Positions 19,099 to 29,819 of a stretch of 64,000 nt of DNA are shown piece by piece (the first letter of the stretch is position 1; the number at the start of each line of letters is the position of its first letter). The stretch is from assembly GCA_043825875.1 (NCBI GenBank), contig JBDRRF010000076.1, positions 32,001-96,000 on the forward strand. Reading direction: 5' to 3'. The position numbers and the translations under genes were made by a program. Source of the stretch: Pseudomonadota bacterium (GTDB lineage Bacteria > Desulfobacterota > Desulfobacteria > Desulfobacterales > RPRI01). The notes below the pieces were generated by a model. The model saw only the letters and a list, made by a program, of their open reading frames with translations. It ran no database searches and was not told the DNA's origin.

Positions 19099-19491
19099 TG
19101 GTTTTCTCCATAAATGATTAAAAGATTGGAAGTTCCATACAAGCTGTATACGATCTATATATGAAGGCAAATCTTACGCCAATTATTGATCTGGCGGTTA
19201 ACCGCTCTTTTTTTAAAATTAATTTAGGTTGGTTAGCATTATGTGTCAAGATTTAACCAATATTTAACCAAAATGCCGTTCATGTGAAATAATTATTTAC
19301 CAAAGAAAATAGCCATAAAGGCTCTCGGAAAGAAAAGAAATTTTAATAGATAGTATTTCAACACTGCATGATTAAATAGCATTAACCTTTTTCGTTTCTT
19401 GACTTTTAACCCTTCAGGCTATAGATATTCTAGGAAATGATCGTCAAGTTTCCAACAAGTTTTTTAATATTGTATAATTTGCCGGAGGAAT

Positions 19492-20313
19492 ATGACCACA
19501 ACTGTTAATATCGCCAATATACCGATTGGAAACAACCATCCGCTTGTCATAATTGCCGGTCCGTGTGTTATTGAAAACAAAGATATTACTTTTCAGATAG
19601 CATATTATCTTAAAGAACTTTCCCAAAAACTTGATATACCTTTGATATTTAAAGCTTCTTACGATAAGGCAAACCGTACTTCATTAAGCTCTTTCAGGGG
19701 GCCAGGTCTTTTAAGCGGACTTGACATTCTGGCTCAAATAAAAAAAGAGCTGGGACTTTTAGTTATATCTGATGTCCATTCAATTAAGGAAATTGATAAA
19801 GCAGCCGATATATTAGATATAATTCAAATACCGGCTTTTCTTTGCAGACAGACCGATTTAATATTAGAAATTGCAAGAACGAAAAAACCGGTAAATATTA
19901 AAAAAGGGCAGTTTTTAGCCCCTTGGGATATTACAAATATAGTTGAAAAAATTGCTTCTGCCGGAAATACCAATATCCTCATAACGGAGCGTGGCAGTAT
20001 GTTTGGATATAACAACCTTGTAGTTGACTTCAGAGGCATTAATATAATGCAGGAAACGGGTTATCCTGTTATATTTGACGCAACACACAGTATACAGCTT
20101 CCGGGCGGCGCCGGCAAGAGTTCCGGAGGCGAACGAAAATTTGCGCCGATACTTGCAAAAGCAGCTGTTGCAGCAGGAGCTGACGGAATATTTTTGGAAG
20201 TTCATCCTGACCCGGACAAAGCACTTTGTGATGGGCCCAACTCACTGGTTCTTGACGACAGCCTTTATGCTTTGATTGCAAAGCTTAAGGCAATACGCGA
20301 AGTTGCTTTATAA
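19492..20313 (+). CDS. kdsA: KDO-8-phosphate synthase
   Basis: IAGPCVIE, KASYDKANRTS, PAFLCRQTDL, DATHS. Confidence 0.97.
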   Translation: MTTTVNIANIPIGNNHPLVIIAGPCVIENKDITFQIAYYLKELSQKLDIPLIFKASYDKANRTSLSSFRGPGLLSGLDILAQIKKELGLLVISDVHSIKEIDKAADILDIIQIPAFLCRQTDLILEIARTKKPVNIKKGQFLAPWDITNIVEKIASAGNTNILITERGSMFGYNNLVVDFRGINIMQETGYPVIFDATHSIQLPGGAGKSSGGERKFAPILAKAAVAAGADGIFLEVHPDPDKALCDGPNSLVLDDSLYALIAKLKAIREVAL

Positions 20314-20331
20314 ATATAATCGAGGGTAATT

Positions 20332-20862
20332 ATGATATTTAAAGTATCAGATGCAAAAAGCAGGCTTAAGCATATAAAATTATTGCTTCTTGATGTAGAC
20401 GGTGTAATGACTGATGGTACTATAATATATGATGACAATAATATACAAACTCAGACTTTTTATGTTAGAGACGGGCTCGGAATCAGGCTTCTTATGTTGG
20501 CAGGAATAGAAGTCGGAGTGATTACCGGGAGAAAATCGGATGCTCTGCATCACAGATGTAAAAACCTTAATATCCGGCACATATATGACGGCGTAAAAAA
20601 CAAGGTTGAAATACTAAATGAAATAATTACAAAAACAAAAATTAAACCAGAAGATATAGCATATATAGGAGATGATCTTCCGGACCTTTCAATCATGAAG
20701 TCAGTTGGACTCCCGATAGCAGTTGCTGATGCTCATGAGGCAATAATCGAAATATCTTACATTGTAACATCAGCAAAAGGCGGAGCCGGTGCCATCAGGG
20801 AAATATGCGAAGCCATACTTAAAGCTCAGAAAAACTGGGATTCTATGATAGAAAGATTTTAA
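20332..20862 (+). CDS. kdsC: KDO-8-phosphate phosphatase
   Basis: LDVDGVMTDG, GDDLPD, GAIREICE; follows kdsA. Confidence 0.92.
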   Translation: MIFKVSDAKSRLKHIKLLLLDVDGVMTDGTIIYDDNNIQTQTFYVRDGLGIRLLMLAGIEVGVITGRKSDALHHRCKNLNIRHIYDGVKNKVEILNEIITKTKIKPEDIAYIGDDLPDLSIMKSVGLPIAVADAHEAIIEISYIVTSAKGGAGAIREICEAILKAQKNWDSMIERF

Positions 20863-20864
20863 GA

Positions 20865-21449
20865 ATGCATATGCGAAATCTATTCAGTAATAAAAAAATT
20901 AAAATAGCATTAATTTCAGCGATTTCAATTACTATTATTGCCATTTTTGCTGTTATTATAGGATATCGCTATTTTTCAAAGAAGCCTTTGCAAATTTTGC
21001 CTCTAGTCCTTGATGGTACAAGTGTATCAATGGAAAAAATCAATCAAATCTCTACAAAAAACGGCATTGTCGAATGGAGCCTTGAAGCTCGTTCTGCAAT
21101 TTATAGTGCAGACAAAAAAGAGGCTTTTGTTAAAGATCTTATGGTTACTTTTTTCACAAAAGATAATCAAAAAATATATCTTAGCGCAGACCAAGGAACC
21201 TTAAAAACCGAATTAGGCAACATAGAAATCAATGGCAATATAACAATTAAAAGCAATGATTATATTTTAAAAACAGGAATAATAAATTACGATAATAAAA
21301 AACGCGTTATTCAATCAAATGCTCCTGTTGAATTAACCGGCAAGTCTTCAACCCTTATTGCAGATTCTATGTCTATAGATTTAAACATAAATAAAGCCGA
21401 ATTGATCGGTAAAGTAGAAGGAATATTTGGTGACAACATTTCATTATAA
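20865..21449 (+). CDS. lptC: LPS export protein LptC
   Basis: N-terminal TM anchor; position between kdsC and lptA. Confidence 0.85.
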   Translation: MHMRNLFSNKKIKIALISAISITIIAIFAVIIGYRYFSKKPLQILPLVLDGTSVSMEKINQISTKNGIVEWSLEARSAIYSADKKEAFVKDLMVTFFTKDNQKIYLSADQGTLKTELGNIEINGNITIKSNDYILKTGIINYDNKKRVIQSNAPVELTGKSSTLIADSMSIDLNINKAELIGKVEGIFGDNISL

Positions 21450-21996
21450 AAAAAGGCAATACATTCAACTGCTGTTTGTTGTATTTTTTTTATTCTTTTT
21501 GTTCCTTCCTGATGCCATATTTGCTATAGATAAAATACTCAATACTCAGACAGAGGGAAAAGTAGAAAAAACTCATATAACGGCAGATAAGCTGGTTATT
21601 GAAATAGATTCCAAAAGTGCCGAGTTCATCGGAAACGTCAAAGCTGTTCAGGGCACAACTGTTATTACATCAGACAGATTGAATATTTTATATCAAAAAG
21701 ATACTGCTGACACAAAAGATAATACAAAAGGAAAAGAATCTATAAAAGAAATAATAGCAACCGGAAATGTAAAAATATTGTTCGATGATAAAATTGCATA
21801 TACTCAACATGCTGTTTACACAGCTAATACCGGAATTTTTACGTTAACCGGACCCGGATCAAAAATTGAAAGCGGGAATAATTCCGTTTCCGGATCAAAA
21901 ATTATCTTTTTCAGAGATGACGGACATGTTAAGATAGAAAGTAATAGAAGCAATCGTGTTGAAGCTATCTTTGAATCTGTTGATAAAGGAATATAA
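21427..21996 (+). CDS. lptA: LPS transport periplasmic protein LptA
   Basis: ITADKL, FIGNVKAVQG, ATGNVKI; operon context. Confidence 0.88.
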   Translation: MVTTFHYKKRQYIQLLFVVFFLFFLFLPDAIFAIDKILNTQTEGKVEKTHITADKLVIEIDSKSAEFIGNVKAVQGTTVITSDRLNILYQKDTADTKDNTKGKESIKEIIATGNVKILFDDKIAYTQHAVYTANTGIFTLTGPGSKIESGNNSVSGSKIIFFRDDGHVKIESNRSNRVEAIFESVDKGI

Positions 21997-22719
21997 ATGT
22001 CAAAATTGCTTCTTGATAAACTTGTTAAAATTTACCGGGGAAGAAGAGTTGTCAATTCCGTTGATCTAAATGTGGAAAGCGGGAAAGTATTCGGACTTCT
22101 TGGTCCAAACGGGGCTGGTAAAACCACGATATTTTATATGGCTGTGGGAATGGTAAAACCTGACGAGGGCAAAATTTTTATTGATGATGAAGATATTACT
22201 TCATGTCCGATGTACATAAGAGCACGCAAAGGAATAGGCTATCTTCCCCAGGAACCCTCAATTTTCAGAAAGCTTACAGTTAGAGAAAATGTAATGGCAA
22301 TTTTAGAAATGCAGCCTATATCATCAAAAAAACAGAATGAACGGGCAGACAGGCTTCTTGAAGAGCTTGGCATCAAACATCTATCGAACCAGAAGGCATT
22401 ACTTCTTTCAGGGGGAGAAAAAAGACGTCTTGAAATTTCACGCACTCTTGCAACAGAACCGACTTTTATCCTTCTTGATGAACCCTTTGCAGGAATAGAT
22501 CCACTGGCTGTACTCGATATAAAAAATATTATTGTACACCTTAAAAACCGCGGTATTGGGGTGCTGATTTCCGATCATAATGTAAGAGAAACTCTTAATG
22601 TATGCGATATGGCATATATAATAAGCGAAGGCAAAATCATTGAAGCCGGTAGCTCCGAAAAAATAGCTTCCAGCGAAATTGCACGCCGTATCTATTTGGG
22701 AGATGAGTTTAAACTATAA
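21997..22719 (+). CDS. lptB: LPS export ABC ATPase
   Basis: GPNGAGKTT, YLPQEPSIFRKL, LDEPFAGIDP, DHNVRETL. Confidence 0.97.
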   Translation: MSKLLLDKLVKIYRGRRVVNSVDLNVESGKVFGLLGPNGAGKTTIFYMAVGMVKPDEGKIFIDDEDITSCPMYIRARKGIGYLPQEPSIFRKLTVRENVMAILEMQPISSKKQNERADRLLEELGIKHLSNQKALLLSGGEKRRLEISRTLATEPTFILLDEPFAGIDPLAVLDIKNIIVHLKNRGIGVLISDHNVRETLNVCDMAYIISEGKIIEAGSSEKIASSEIARRIYLGDEFKL

Positions 22720-22721
22720 AT

Positions 22722-24158
22722 ATGGCTCTTGAATTCAGACAACAACTTAAATTATCCCAGCAACTGGTAATGACTCCACAGCTCCAGATGGCTATAAAGC
22801 TTTTGCAGCTTTCCCGTCTTGAACTTGTGGAAACAATTCGTCAAGAGCTTGAAACAAACCCTGTACTCGAAGAATCTCTTGATTCACATCCGGAAGACGC
22901 ACCGGTTGAACGGACGGATAATCCGATTCAGCCTGAACTGCCGGCAGATAAAGAAATAAAAATAGAAGAAAAGATCAGTTACGACGTAGACTGGAGTAAT
23001 TATATTGATGAATATAATACTCCTGGCAAAGTTCATTTCGAAACCGAAAAAAAAGAATCCTTCAGCTATGAAACCTTTATCTCCGGTAAGGACTCATTAA
23101 ATGATCATCTGCTATGGCAGCTTCTTATGGCTTGTACTACAAAAGAAGAAGAAGAAATAGGAAGTTTGATTATAGGCAACTTAAACACTGATGGATATCT
23201 GGAAACTTCTATTGAAGACATATTTAATAACAGTAATTATTCTACCGATAAAATTGAAAAAGTTTTGGCACTGCTGCAAACTTTTGATCCTTCGGGTGTT
23301 TGTGCAAGAGATCTTAAAGAGTCACTTTTGATCCAGGCAAAGCAGCTTAATCTTGATAACTCTTTAATAACCAATATCATAAAACATCATCTCAATCATC
23401 TTCAAAACAGAAATTACAAAGCTATATCAAAGGAGCTTAAAGCTGATCTCAAGGATATCATATCGGCCATAGAAATCATAAAAAGTTTTGAGCCAAAACC
23501 CGGAAGAAAGTTTTCGGATGAAACACCTCAGTATATAACCCCTGACATATATGTTTACAAAACAGAAAATGATTTTGTAGTAATTTTAAATGACGATGGA
23601 ATGCCGAAACTGAAAATTAATTCCTATTACAAAAATACAATTAGTAATGGTGGAAAAATAAATAAAGATGCCAAGGAATACATAAATGATAAAATTCGTT
23701 CCGCCGCATGGCTTATAAAAAGCATCCAACAGCGTCAGAAAACGATATTTAAGGTCATGGAAAGTATTCTCAAATTTCAGCGGGAATTCTTTGAAAAAGG
23801 CATTACTTTCATGAAGCCTATGGTGTTAAGAGACATAGCACAAGATATCGAAATGCACGAATCAACAATAAGTAGAGTTACAACAAATAAATATGCATTC
23901 ACGCCCCAGGGGATTTTTGAATTGAAATATTTCTTCAATAGTTCTATAAATCGAAGTAATGGAGAAACTATTGCATCTACCGGTGTTCAGGAAATGATAA
24001 AAAAGATCATAGAATCCGAAAACCCCAAAAAACCCTACAGCGATGATAAAATAACTGAAATTATAGCAAAACATAACATAAATATTGCAAGAAGAACTGT
24101 TGCAAAATACAGAGAAATATTAAAGATACTATCTTCTAATAAACGCAAACAACCATGA
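22722..24158 (+). CDS. rpoN: RNA polymerase sigma-54 factor
   Basis: MTPQLQMAIKLLQL, HESTISRV, RpoN box ARRTVAKYR. Confidence 0.98.
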   Translation: MALEFRQQLKLSQQLVMTPQLQMAIKLLQLSRLELVETIRQELETNPVLEESLDSHPEDAPVERTDNPIQPELPADKEIKIEEKISYDVDWSNYIDEYNTPGKVHFETEKKESFSYETFISGKDSLNDHLLWQLLMACTTKEEEEIGSLIIGNLNTDGYLETSIEDIFNNSNYSTDKIEKVLALLQTFDPSGVCARDLKESLLIQAKQLNLDNSLITNIIKHHLNHLQNRNYKAISKELKADLKDIISAIEIIKSFEPKPGRKFSDETPQYITPDIYVYKTENDFVVILNDDGMPKLKINSYYKNTISNGGKINKDAKEYINDKIRSAAWLIKSIQQRQKTIFKVMESILKFQREFFEKGITFMKPMVLRDIAQDIEMHESTISRVTTNKYAFTPQGIFELKYFFNSSINRSNGETIASTGVQEMIKKIIESENPKKPYSDDKITEIIAKHNINIARRTVAKYREILKILSSNKRKQP

Positions 24159-24170
24159 GGAGGATTTATT

Positions 24171-24701
24171 ATGCAAACTTCCGTTACTTTTAAAAACCTT
24201 GATCCTTCCGACAATCTTAAAGCCTATATTTGCGAAAAACTGGACAAGCTTGATAAATTCTTGGACAATCCGGCAGAGGCGACAGTCGTATTTTTAATAG
24301 AAAAATTTCGCCATATTGCTGAAGTAAATATTACAGGTGACAGACTGAACATATATGGAAAAGAAGAAACAAACGATATGTATTCAGCGATAGATATGGT
24401 CATTGATAAACTTGAAAAACAGATAAAGAAGAACAAACAAAAAATTCGAAAACGCCGGGTAAACCATAAAGAAAAATCAATAGCCAAAGACCAGGAAGTT
24501 ATTGTATCCGAAGATCAAAATCCTGGCCAGATAAAGATACGTAATATTGAATACAAACCCATGGATATAGACGAAGCAGTTATGCAAATGGATCTGGTTA
24601 CTGATAATTTTCTTGTATTTACCAATGCACACTCAGATAAGATTAACGTGCTTTATCGAAGAAAAGATGGAAATTACGGCCTTATCCAACCTATAAGTTA
24701 A
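24171..24701 (+). CDS. hpf: Ribosome hibernation promoting factor (long HPF)
   Basis: DMYSAID, KPMDIDEAVMQM, VLYRRKDGNYGLI. Confidence 0.93.
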   Translation: MQTSVTFKNLDPSDNLKAYICEKLDKLDKFLDNPAEATVVFLIEKFRHIAEVNITGDRLNIYGKEETNDMYSAIDMVIDKLEKQIKKNKQKIRKRRVNHKEKSIAKDQEVIVSEDQNPGQIKIRNIEYKPMDIDEAVMQMDLVTDNFLVFTNAHSDKINVLYRRKDGNYGLIQPIS

Positions 24702-24753
24702 TAAATTGCCAAGAAATCGAATTTATGCTTACTTTTCAGCATGATGAAATAAA

Positions 24754-25212
24754 ATGAAAATTCTTGAAGTATTACAAAAAGATACAATAAATACCGATCT
24801 TAGATCAACAGATAAGGCCGGAGTTATTGAAGAGCTGGTTGCTTCTGTTTCCGGACTCACAGGCAAGGATAGTAAAGAGCTTATAGATGTTATTAAGGAA
24901 AGGGAATATTTGGGAAGCACCGGAATAGGCGGAGGCATTGGAATTCCACATGGAAAATTAAAAAATCTTGAATCGCTTATACTGGGTTTAGGTTTAAGCC
25001 GAAAAGGGGTGGATTTTGAATCTATTGATGGGCGACCGACTCATCTTTTCTTCTTGATTTTAACACCTGAAAATTCAACAGGGCTGCATTTAAAACTGCT
25101 TGCACGGATTTCAAGGATTCTAAAAAACGACTCTTTTAAAAACAAACTATTGAAAGCGGCCGATAGTAATGAGGTTTATTCCATAATCAAGGAAGTTGAT
25201 GAAGATTTTTAA
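24754..25212 (+). CDS. ptsN: PTS IIA(Ntr)-like protein
   Basis: RE..GSTGIGGGIGIPHGK, HLKLLARISR. Confidence 0.9.
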   Translation: MKILEVLQKDTINTDLRSTDKAGVIEELVASVSGLTGKDSKELIDVIKEREYLGSTGIGGGIGIPHGKLKNLESLILGLGLSRKGVDFESIDGRPTHLFFLILTPENSTGLHLKLLARISRILKNDSFKNKLLKAADSNEVYSIIKEVDEDF

Positions 25213-25229
25213 ACACAATACCATTTGAA

Positions 25230-26093
25230 GTGAAAAATTTAAAAATATTTATTATTACAGGACTTTCAGGATCGGGTAAAAGCACGGTAATTGCGGCATT
25301 CGAAGATGCCGGATTTTATTGTGTTGACAATATGCCCGTTGCTCTGCTCGCCAGTTTCCTCAAACTTCCCTTAAAAAGCTCGGATGAAATTGCAGGCCTT
25401 GCTTTTGTAATGGACCTGCGTGAAAAAAATTTTTTATCTGTATATAAGTCGATTTTTGATTCTATAAGGCAAAATGGTTACTATTTTGAAATTATATTTC
25501 TTGAGGCTGATGAGGAAATTTTATTACAGCGCTTCAGTCAGACAAGAAGACACCACCCTCTTTCCCATGGGAAAACACTTATAGAAAATATCCGAATAGA
25601 AAAAGAGCAGTTAAAGGAATTGAAAACTGCGTCAGACAGAATAATAGATACATCCAGGCACAGCGTTCATGAGCTCAAAGCTATAGTTTCAGATATTGCA
25701 AATAAAAGCAAAAATATATCTCCTATGACGGTTCACATACTTTCTTTTGGCTACAAGTATGGAATACCTATAGATTCAGACCTGATTATTGATGTTCGTT
25801 TTCTTGCAAATCCGTATTTTATTCCGGAATTGAGAGATCTTAATGGTGAGGATAAAAAAGTAAAAGATTTTGTTCTTAAAAGCAGACAAACAAAGACTTT
25901 TTTAAAAAAATATCTTGAGTTACTTGACTATTTAATCCCTTTATATGAAAAGGAAGGAAAATCATATTTAACTATCTCTATCGGATGTACAGGAGGCAGG
26001 CATCGTTCCGTGGCTATTACCGGACATGTTTTTAAACATTTAGAAAAATCAGGGATACGAATCAGTATCTCACACCGCGATATCGGCCGTTAA
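25230..26093 (+). CDS. rapZ: RNase adapter RapZ
   Basis: TGLSGSGKS, TRRHHPL, SFGYKYG, GCTGGRHRSV. Confidence 0.95.
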   Translation: MKNLKIFIITGLSGSGKSTVIAAFEDAGFYCVDNMPVALLASFLKLPLKSSDEIAGLAFVMDLREKNFLSVYKSIFDSIRQNGYYFEIIFLEADEEILLQRFSQTRRHHPLSHGKTLIENIRIEKEQLKELKTASDRIIDTSRHSVHELKAIVSDIANKSKNISPMTVHILSFGYKYGIPIDSDLIIDVRFLANPYFIPELRDLNGEDKKVKDFVLKSRQTKTFLKKYLELLDYLIPLYEKEGKSYLTISIGCTGGRHRSVAITGHVFKHLEKSGIRISISHRDIGR

Positions 26094-26147
26094 TCATATA
26101 TTTTTGGAGTCTATTCACAATTTGCCCGAATTACATATAGGAGCTTT

Positions 26148-26561
26148 ATGATTGGAATCCTTATCGTTACTCATCAAAAACTTGGAGACGCGTTGATAGA
26201 TGCTGCTGAATTCATCTTGGGAAACCGCCCTGACAAAGTAGTCTCTGTTTCCATAAATATTACCGAACCTGCAGATAAGCTTAGAGAAAAAATATCTGAT
26301 GGCATCAAAAAGGTAAATGATAATGAAGGAATTATTATTTTAACCGACATGTTCGGCGGAAGCCCTTCCAATTTAAGTTATTCTTTTCTTGAAGAAGGCC
26401 GCACCGAAGTAATATCAGGAGTTAATCTTCCTATACTGATAAAAGCCATAAATTCACGTAAAGATATGGATGTAACAAAGCTTGCTCAATGTATCGAAGC
26501 TTATGGTAAAAAAAGTATTTCACTTGCAAGCGGTATTTTAAAAGGTAATAAAAGGACTTAG
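26148..26561 (+). CDS. PTS mannose/fructose-type IIA component
   Basis: IVTH, LTDMFGGSPSN, SGVNLP. Confidence 0.9.
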   Translation: MIGILIVTHQKLGDALIDAAEFILGNRPDKVVSVSINITEPADKLREKISDGIKKVNDNEGIIILTDMFGGSPSNLSYSFLEEGRTEVISGVNLPILIKAINSRKDMDVTKLAQCIEAYGKKSISLASGILKGNKRT

Positions 26562-26565
26562 TTTT

Positions 26566-27027
26566 TTGCAGTGGCACCTTTCCAAGCTTACCCGACCCGA
26601 TATAGAACAGATTCTTGAAATTGAGCAAACCTCTTTCAAAGAGCCGTGGTCACTTGCATTGTTTCTTGAAGAACTGATATGTAAAGATGCTTTTGATTAT
26701 GTAGTTAAAAGCTATGGAACCAAAGAGCCCAAAACTGTTATAGCGTATGTTTGCTCACGCATTATAGGCTCTGAGATGAGTATTTTAAGAATCGCTGTAT
26801 CAAATAAATTGCTGGGTATTGGAATTGCTTTCTGGCTGTTAAACAAACTTCTTGAAATTGCGATTAGTAAGAAAGTAACATCAGTCATTCTTGAAGTAAG
26901 AAGCTCTAACAAACCCGCTTTAGCACTGTATAGTAAAGCAGGGTTTGCAACTATAGGAATAAGGCCAAATTATTACACTGAAACCAGAGAAGACGCTATT
27001 GTTTTATTAAAAGAATTAACCATCTGA
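26566..27027 (+). CDS. rimI: Ribosomal protein S18 alanine N-acetyltransferase (GNAT)
   Basis: IEQTSFKEPWS, LEVRSSN..A..LY...GF, RPNYY...EDA. Confidence 0.85.
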   Translation: MQWHLSKLTRPDIEQILEIEQTSFKEPWSLALFLEELICKDAFDYVVKSYGTKEPKTVIAYVCSRIIGSEMSILRIAVSNKLLGIGIAFWLLNKLLEIAISKKVTSVILEVRSSNKPALALYSKAGFATIGIRPNYYTETREDAIVLLKELTI

Positions 27028-27057
27028 TCATATATATATATCAACAAGGAGAATATC

Positions 27058-27825
27058 ATGAATAGCCGAAAGCCATTTATTGCCGGCAACTGGAAAATGT
27101 ACAAAACCGGCATAGAGGCTGTGAAAACTGCCGAAAAATTAGTAAAACTGCTATCACAATACAGTGATGTCGATGTTATGATTGCGCCTGCTTACATAGC
27201 GCTTGAACAAGTCAATGAAGCTGTAAAAGACAGCTTAGTAATGCTTGGAGCGCAAAATCTTTTCTGGGAAAAGGAAGGAGCCTACACGGGAGAAATATCT
27301 CCGGAAATGATTATTTCGGCCGGATGTAAATATGTTATTATCGGGCATTCCGAACGAAGGCAGTTTTTCGGCGAAACAAATGAAACTGTAAACAAAAAAA
27401 TTAAAGCTGCAATTAGTTATAATCTTAAACCTGTTTTTTGTATAGGTGAGTCTGAAAAAGAACGGGATGCAAATGAAACGTTTAATGTTCTTGACAAACA
27501 GATAAAAATGGGTTTAGAAGGCTGTTTGGCTGATAATATGCAAAATGTGACCTTGGCATACGAACCGGTCTGGGCAATAGGAACCGGTAAAACAGCCTCA
27601 AGCGAACAGGCACAGGAAGTTCATTTGTTTTTGCGTAATCTTATTGAAAAGCTTTTTGGGAAAACTATTGCCGAATCAATAAGAATACTATATGGTGGAA
27701 GCGTAAAACCGGAAAATGCAGCAGAACTTATGTCTATGCCCGATGTTGACGGTGCTCTTGTCGGTGGGGCTAGTCTTGATGCTGACAAATTTATGCAAAT
27801 TGTAAAATTTAAAACGGTTGGGTAA
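27058..27825 (+). CDS. tpiA: Triosephosphate isomerase
   Basis: AGNWKM, GHSERR, AYEPVWAIGTG, YGGSV, LVGGASL. Confidence 0.98.
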   Translation: MNSRKPFIAGNWKMYKTGIEAVKTAEKLVKLLSQYSDVDVMIAPAYIALEQVNEAVKDSLVMLGAQNLFWEKEGAYTGEISPEMIISAGCKYVIIGHSERRQFFGETNETVNKKIKAAISYNLKPVFCIGESEKERDANETFNVLDKQIKMGLEGCLADNMQNVTLAYEPVWAIGTGKTASSEQAQEVHLFLRNLIEKLFGKTIAESIRILYGGSVKPENAAELMSMPDVDGALVGGASLDADKFMQIVKFKTVG

Positions 27826-27833
27826 ACTACTAT

Positions 27834-28208
27834 ATGTCAATTTATTTAATAATATTACATGTTGTTGCCTGCATAGCGATAATAATGGTAGTACTGCTTC
27901 AAACGGGAAAGGGGTCCGATATCGGTGCGGCTTTCGGAGGAGGTTCCAGCCAGACTCTTTTCGGAAGCACAGGGGCTTCCACGTTTTTGAGTAAGGCAAC
28001 TACCGTTATTGCCATTGTATTCATGATCACATCTCTTTCTCTTGCTTATATGTCAGGCAACAGAAGCAAAAGTTCGATCATGAAAGATGTTAAAATTCCT
28101 GTAGAACAAAAAGCCGCTCAAGAAACTACTTCTGCCTCTCCCTCAGAGCAGGCAGCTCCGGCAGCAATACCGGATACAGGTAAACCGGATACAGGTAAAA
28201 AAGAGTAG
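27834..28208 (+). CDS. secG: Preprotein translocase subunit SecG
   Basis: VLLQTGKG..IGAAFGGGSSQTLFGS; tpiA-secG-tRNA-Leu order. Confidence 0.95.
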   Translation: MSIYLIILHVVACIAIIMVVLLQTGKGSDIGAAFGGGSSQTLFGSTGASTFLSKATTVIAIVFMITSLSLAYMSGNRSKSSIMKDVKIPVEQKAAQETTSASPSEQAAPAAIPDTGKPDTGKKE

Positions 28209-28220
28209 AAAGATGATAAT

Positions 28221-28307
28221 GCCGAAGTGGTGGAACTTGGTAGACACGCTATCTTGAGGGGGTAGTGTCCCACGGGCGTGCGGGTTCAAATCCCGCCTTC
28301 GGCACCA
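28221..28307 (+). tRNA. tRNA-Leu (anticodon GAG)
   Basis: GCCGAAG...CTTCGGC-ACCA acceptor; anticodon arm CTATC-TTGAGGG-GGTAG; long variable arm; T-loop TTCAAAT. Confidence 0.97.
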
Positions 28308-28318
28308 TATAATAAAAT

Positions 28319-28353
28319 AAGGGAGTTAGGTTATATAACCTGCTCCCTTTTTT
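28319..28353 (+). terminator. Rho-independent terminator after tRNA-Leu
   Basis: AAGGGAG-TTAGGTTA-TA-TAACCTG-CTCCCTT followed by T-run. Confidence 0.7.
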
Positions 28354-28391
28354 GTTTTTTAAAATTCTCCGGCTAAAGAATGGCTAAAGAT

Positions 28392-29348
28392 TTACATCCT
28401 GATTATTCCCAAAGAATGCAAATAACGCTGTGTAGTTGATATTTGGGTATGACCAAGCAACATCATAAGTTCAAAAAGGGGCTTTCCCTCATTTGCCCAA
28501 ACAGAAGCGCGTCTGTGGCGCAATCCGTGCCAATTCCACTTAGACTGGCCGAGTTCTTCCACTTTGTCCTCTAAGAACCTTGGATAAGCCGTCCACTCCT
28601 TAAATACCTTGCCCTTGCCCTCTGACTTGATAAATTCCGGTCTTGGGACCATTCTTGGTACTTTGTTAGAATTCCGACTTTTACGGGTATAAAGGACAAT
28701 GTAATCATCGTGGACATCCTTGTATTCAAGAGCAATGGCCTCATTGATCCGCGCAGCAGTATAATATACAAAATCTATTAGCACTCCTTGCTCTTGACTG
28801 CTAATAGATTTAACCGCTTCAATCATTTCCTCTGTAGGAATAAATTTGATTTTACTGTCTTCGGGAAGTCTTTTGATGCCGATGCAAGGATTTTTGAATT
28901 CAAAGCCGAGTTGATCGTTGGCGTAGTTAAATGTTGCCTTTAGAACCTTAATAAGTTGGTTAGGGCGAGAATTGCCGAGCTTTTCCCGATTGCAGCGCTT
29001 AATTTCGTTCAGAATTATATCTGATACCATTTTTTTGGTAACTTCCGAAGCAAAGATGTTTCCCCAGGTATTCAAAGCCTGTTTAAGCAGTCTTCGGTTA
29101 TCCCTGTAGTATTCTTTGTTTCTGGTAAGTTCAAGGACATCAAGCCGGTGATCAAAAAGCTCTTTTAGTTTAATGTCAATTTTTGGATTTCTTGCCTGCT
29201 CGTCAATTTCTTCCAGTTTTTTCCTTTCCGCTTTTGAACATTCCTGTCTTGTGTGATAAATCGCCTTGCTAAAATATCTTTGTCCTAAATACTGCCCGGA
29301 ATAAAAAAATCTTATGCCTTTTGATAATTTCCTGCGGTAGCATCCCAT
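28392..29348 (-). CDS. Phage-type tyrosine integrase
   Basis: Catalytic residues: ARINE, HGLRH, LGH, TTQRY. Confidence 0.92.
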   Translation of the reverse strand: MGCYRRKLSKGIRFFYSGQYLGQRYFSKAIYHTRQECSKAERKKLEEIDEQARNPKIDIKLKELFDHRLDVLELTRNKEYYRDNRRLLKQALNTWGNIFASEVTKKMVSDIILNEIKRCNREKLGNSRPNQLIKVLKATFNYANDQLGFEFKNPCIGIKRLPEDSKIKFIPTEEMIEAVKSISSQEQGVLIDFVYYTAARINEAIALEYKDVHDDYIVLYTRKSRNSNKVPRMVPRPEFIKSEGKGKVFKEWTAYPRFLEDKVEELGQSKWNWHGLRHRRASVWANEGKPLFELMMLLGHTQISTTQRYLHSLGIIRM

Positions 29349-29489
29349 TTCATCACCTCCTTTGACTTTTAAAATTATTAAGTTTAAAATGAACTATTAT
29401 TTGTGGGCTAATATTGGGTTGAGTAGTGTTCTTTAGTCTTTTTAAAATCAGGGTATAAAATTGAACGGGTCATTATTTGGAGGTATCCA

Positions 29490-29708
29490 ATGAAAGATCT
29501 GTTCATGACGGTTAATGAGGTTGCGGATTGTTTAGGCGTTAATGCCAAGACTATTTATAAATGGTCTAAGACAATTCCAGGCTACATTAAAATCGGTGGT
29601 AATGTCCTTTTTAACCGTCAAACATTCCTGAATGGAACTAAAGGGCTTCAATCAAAGCCTGCGGAAAAGTCAAGCTACGCCGGTGATGACCGGCATAACT
29701 TGACCTGA
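29490..29708 (+). CDS. Excisionase-like HTH protein
   Basis: MTVNEVADCLGVNAKTIYKW...IPGYIKIGG; divergent from the integrase. Confidence 0.85.
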   Translation: MKDLFMTVNEVADCLGVNAKTIYKWSKTIPGYIKIGGNVLFNRQTFLNGTKGLQSKPAEKSSYAGDDRHNLT

Positions 29709-29819
29709 CACTTGCTCCTGCCCGCTATTGGGTGGGAGCTTCTTTTTCAAGTAAGTGAATTATATAAATCAATAAAAGTGATATATCTTTAAGTTGGTCT
29801 AAAATATCATTTAAAATAT

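Noticed and set aside
28169..28198. 15-bp tandem duplication in secG (PDTGK x2)
   Set aside because: Real, but lies in the disordered tail; no sign of significance.
28392..29348. This integrase as the IntI serving the cassette arrays
   Set aside because: It is phage-type, paired with an excisionase at a tRNA, and too short between catalytic motifs to hold the IntI-specific insertion.
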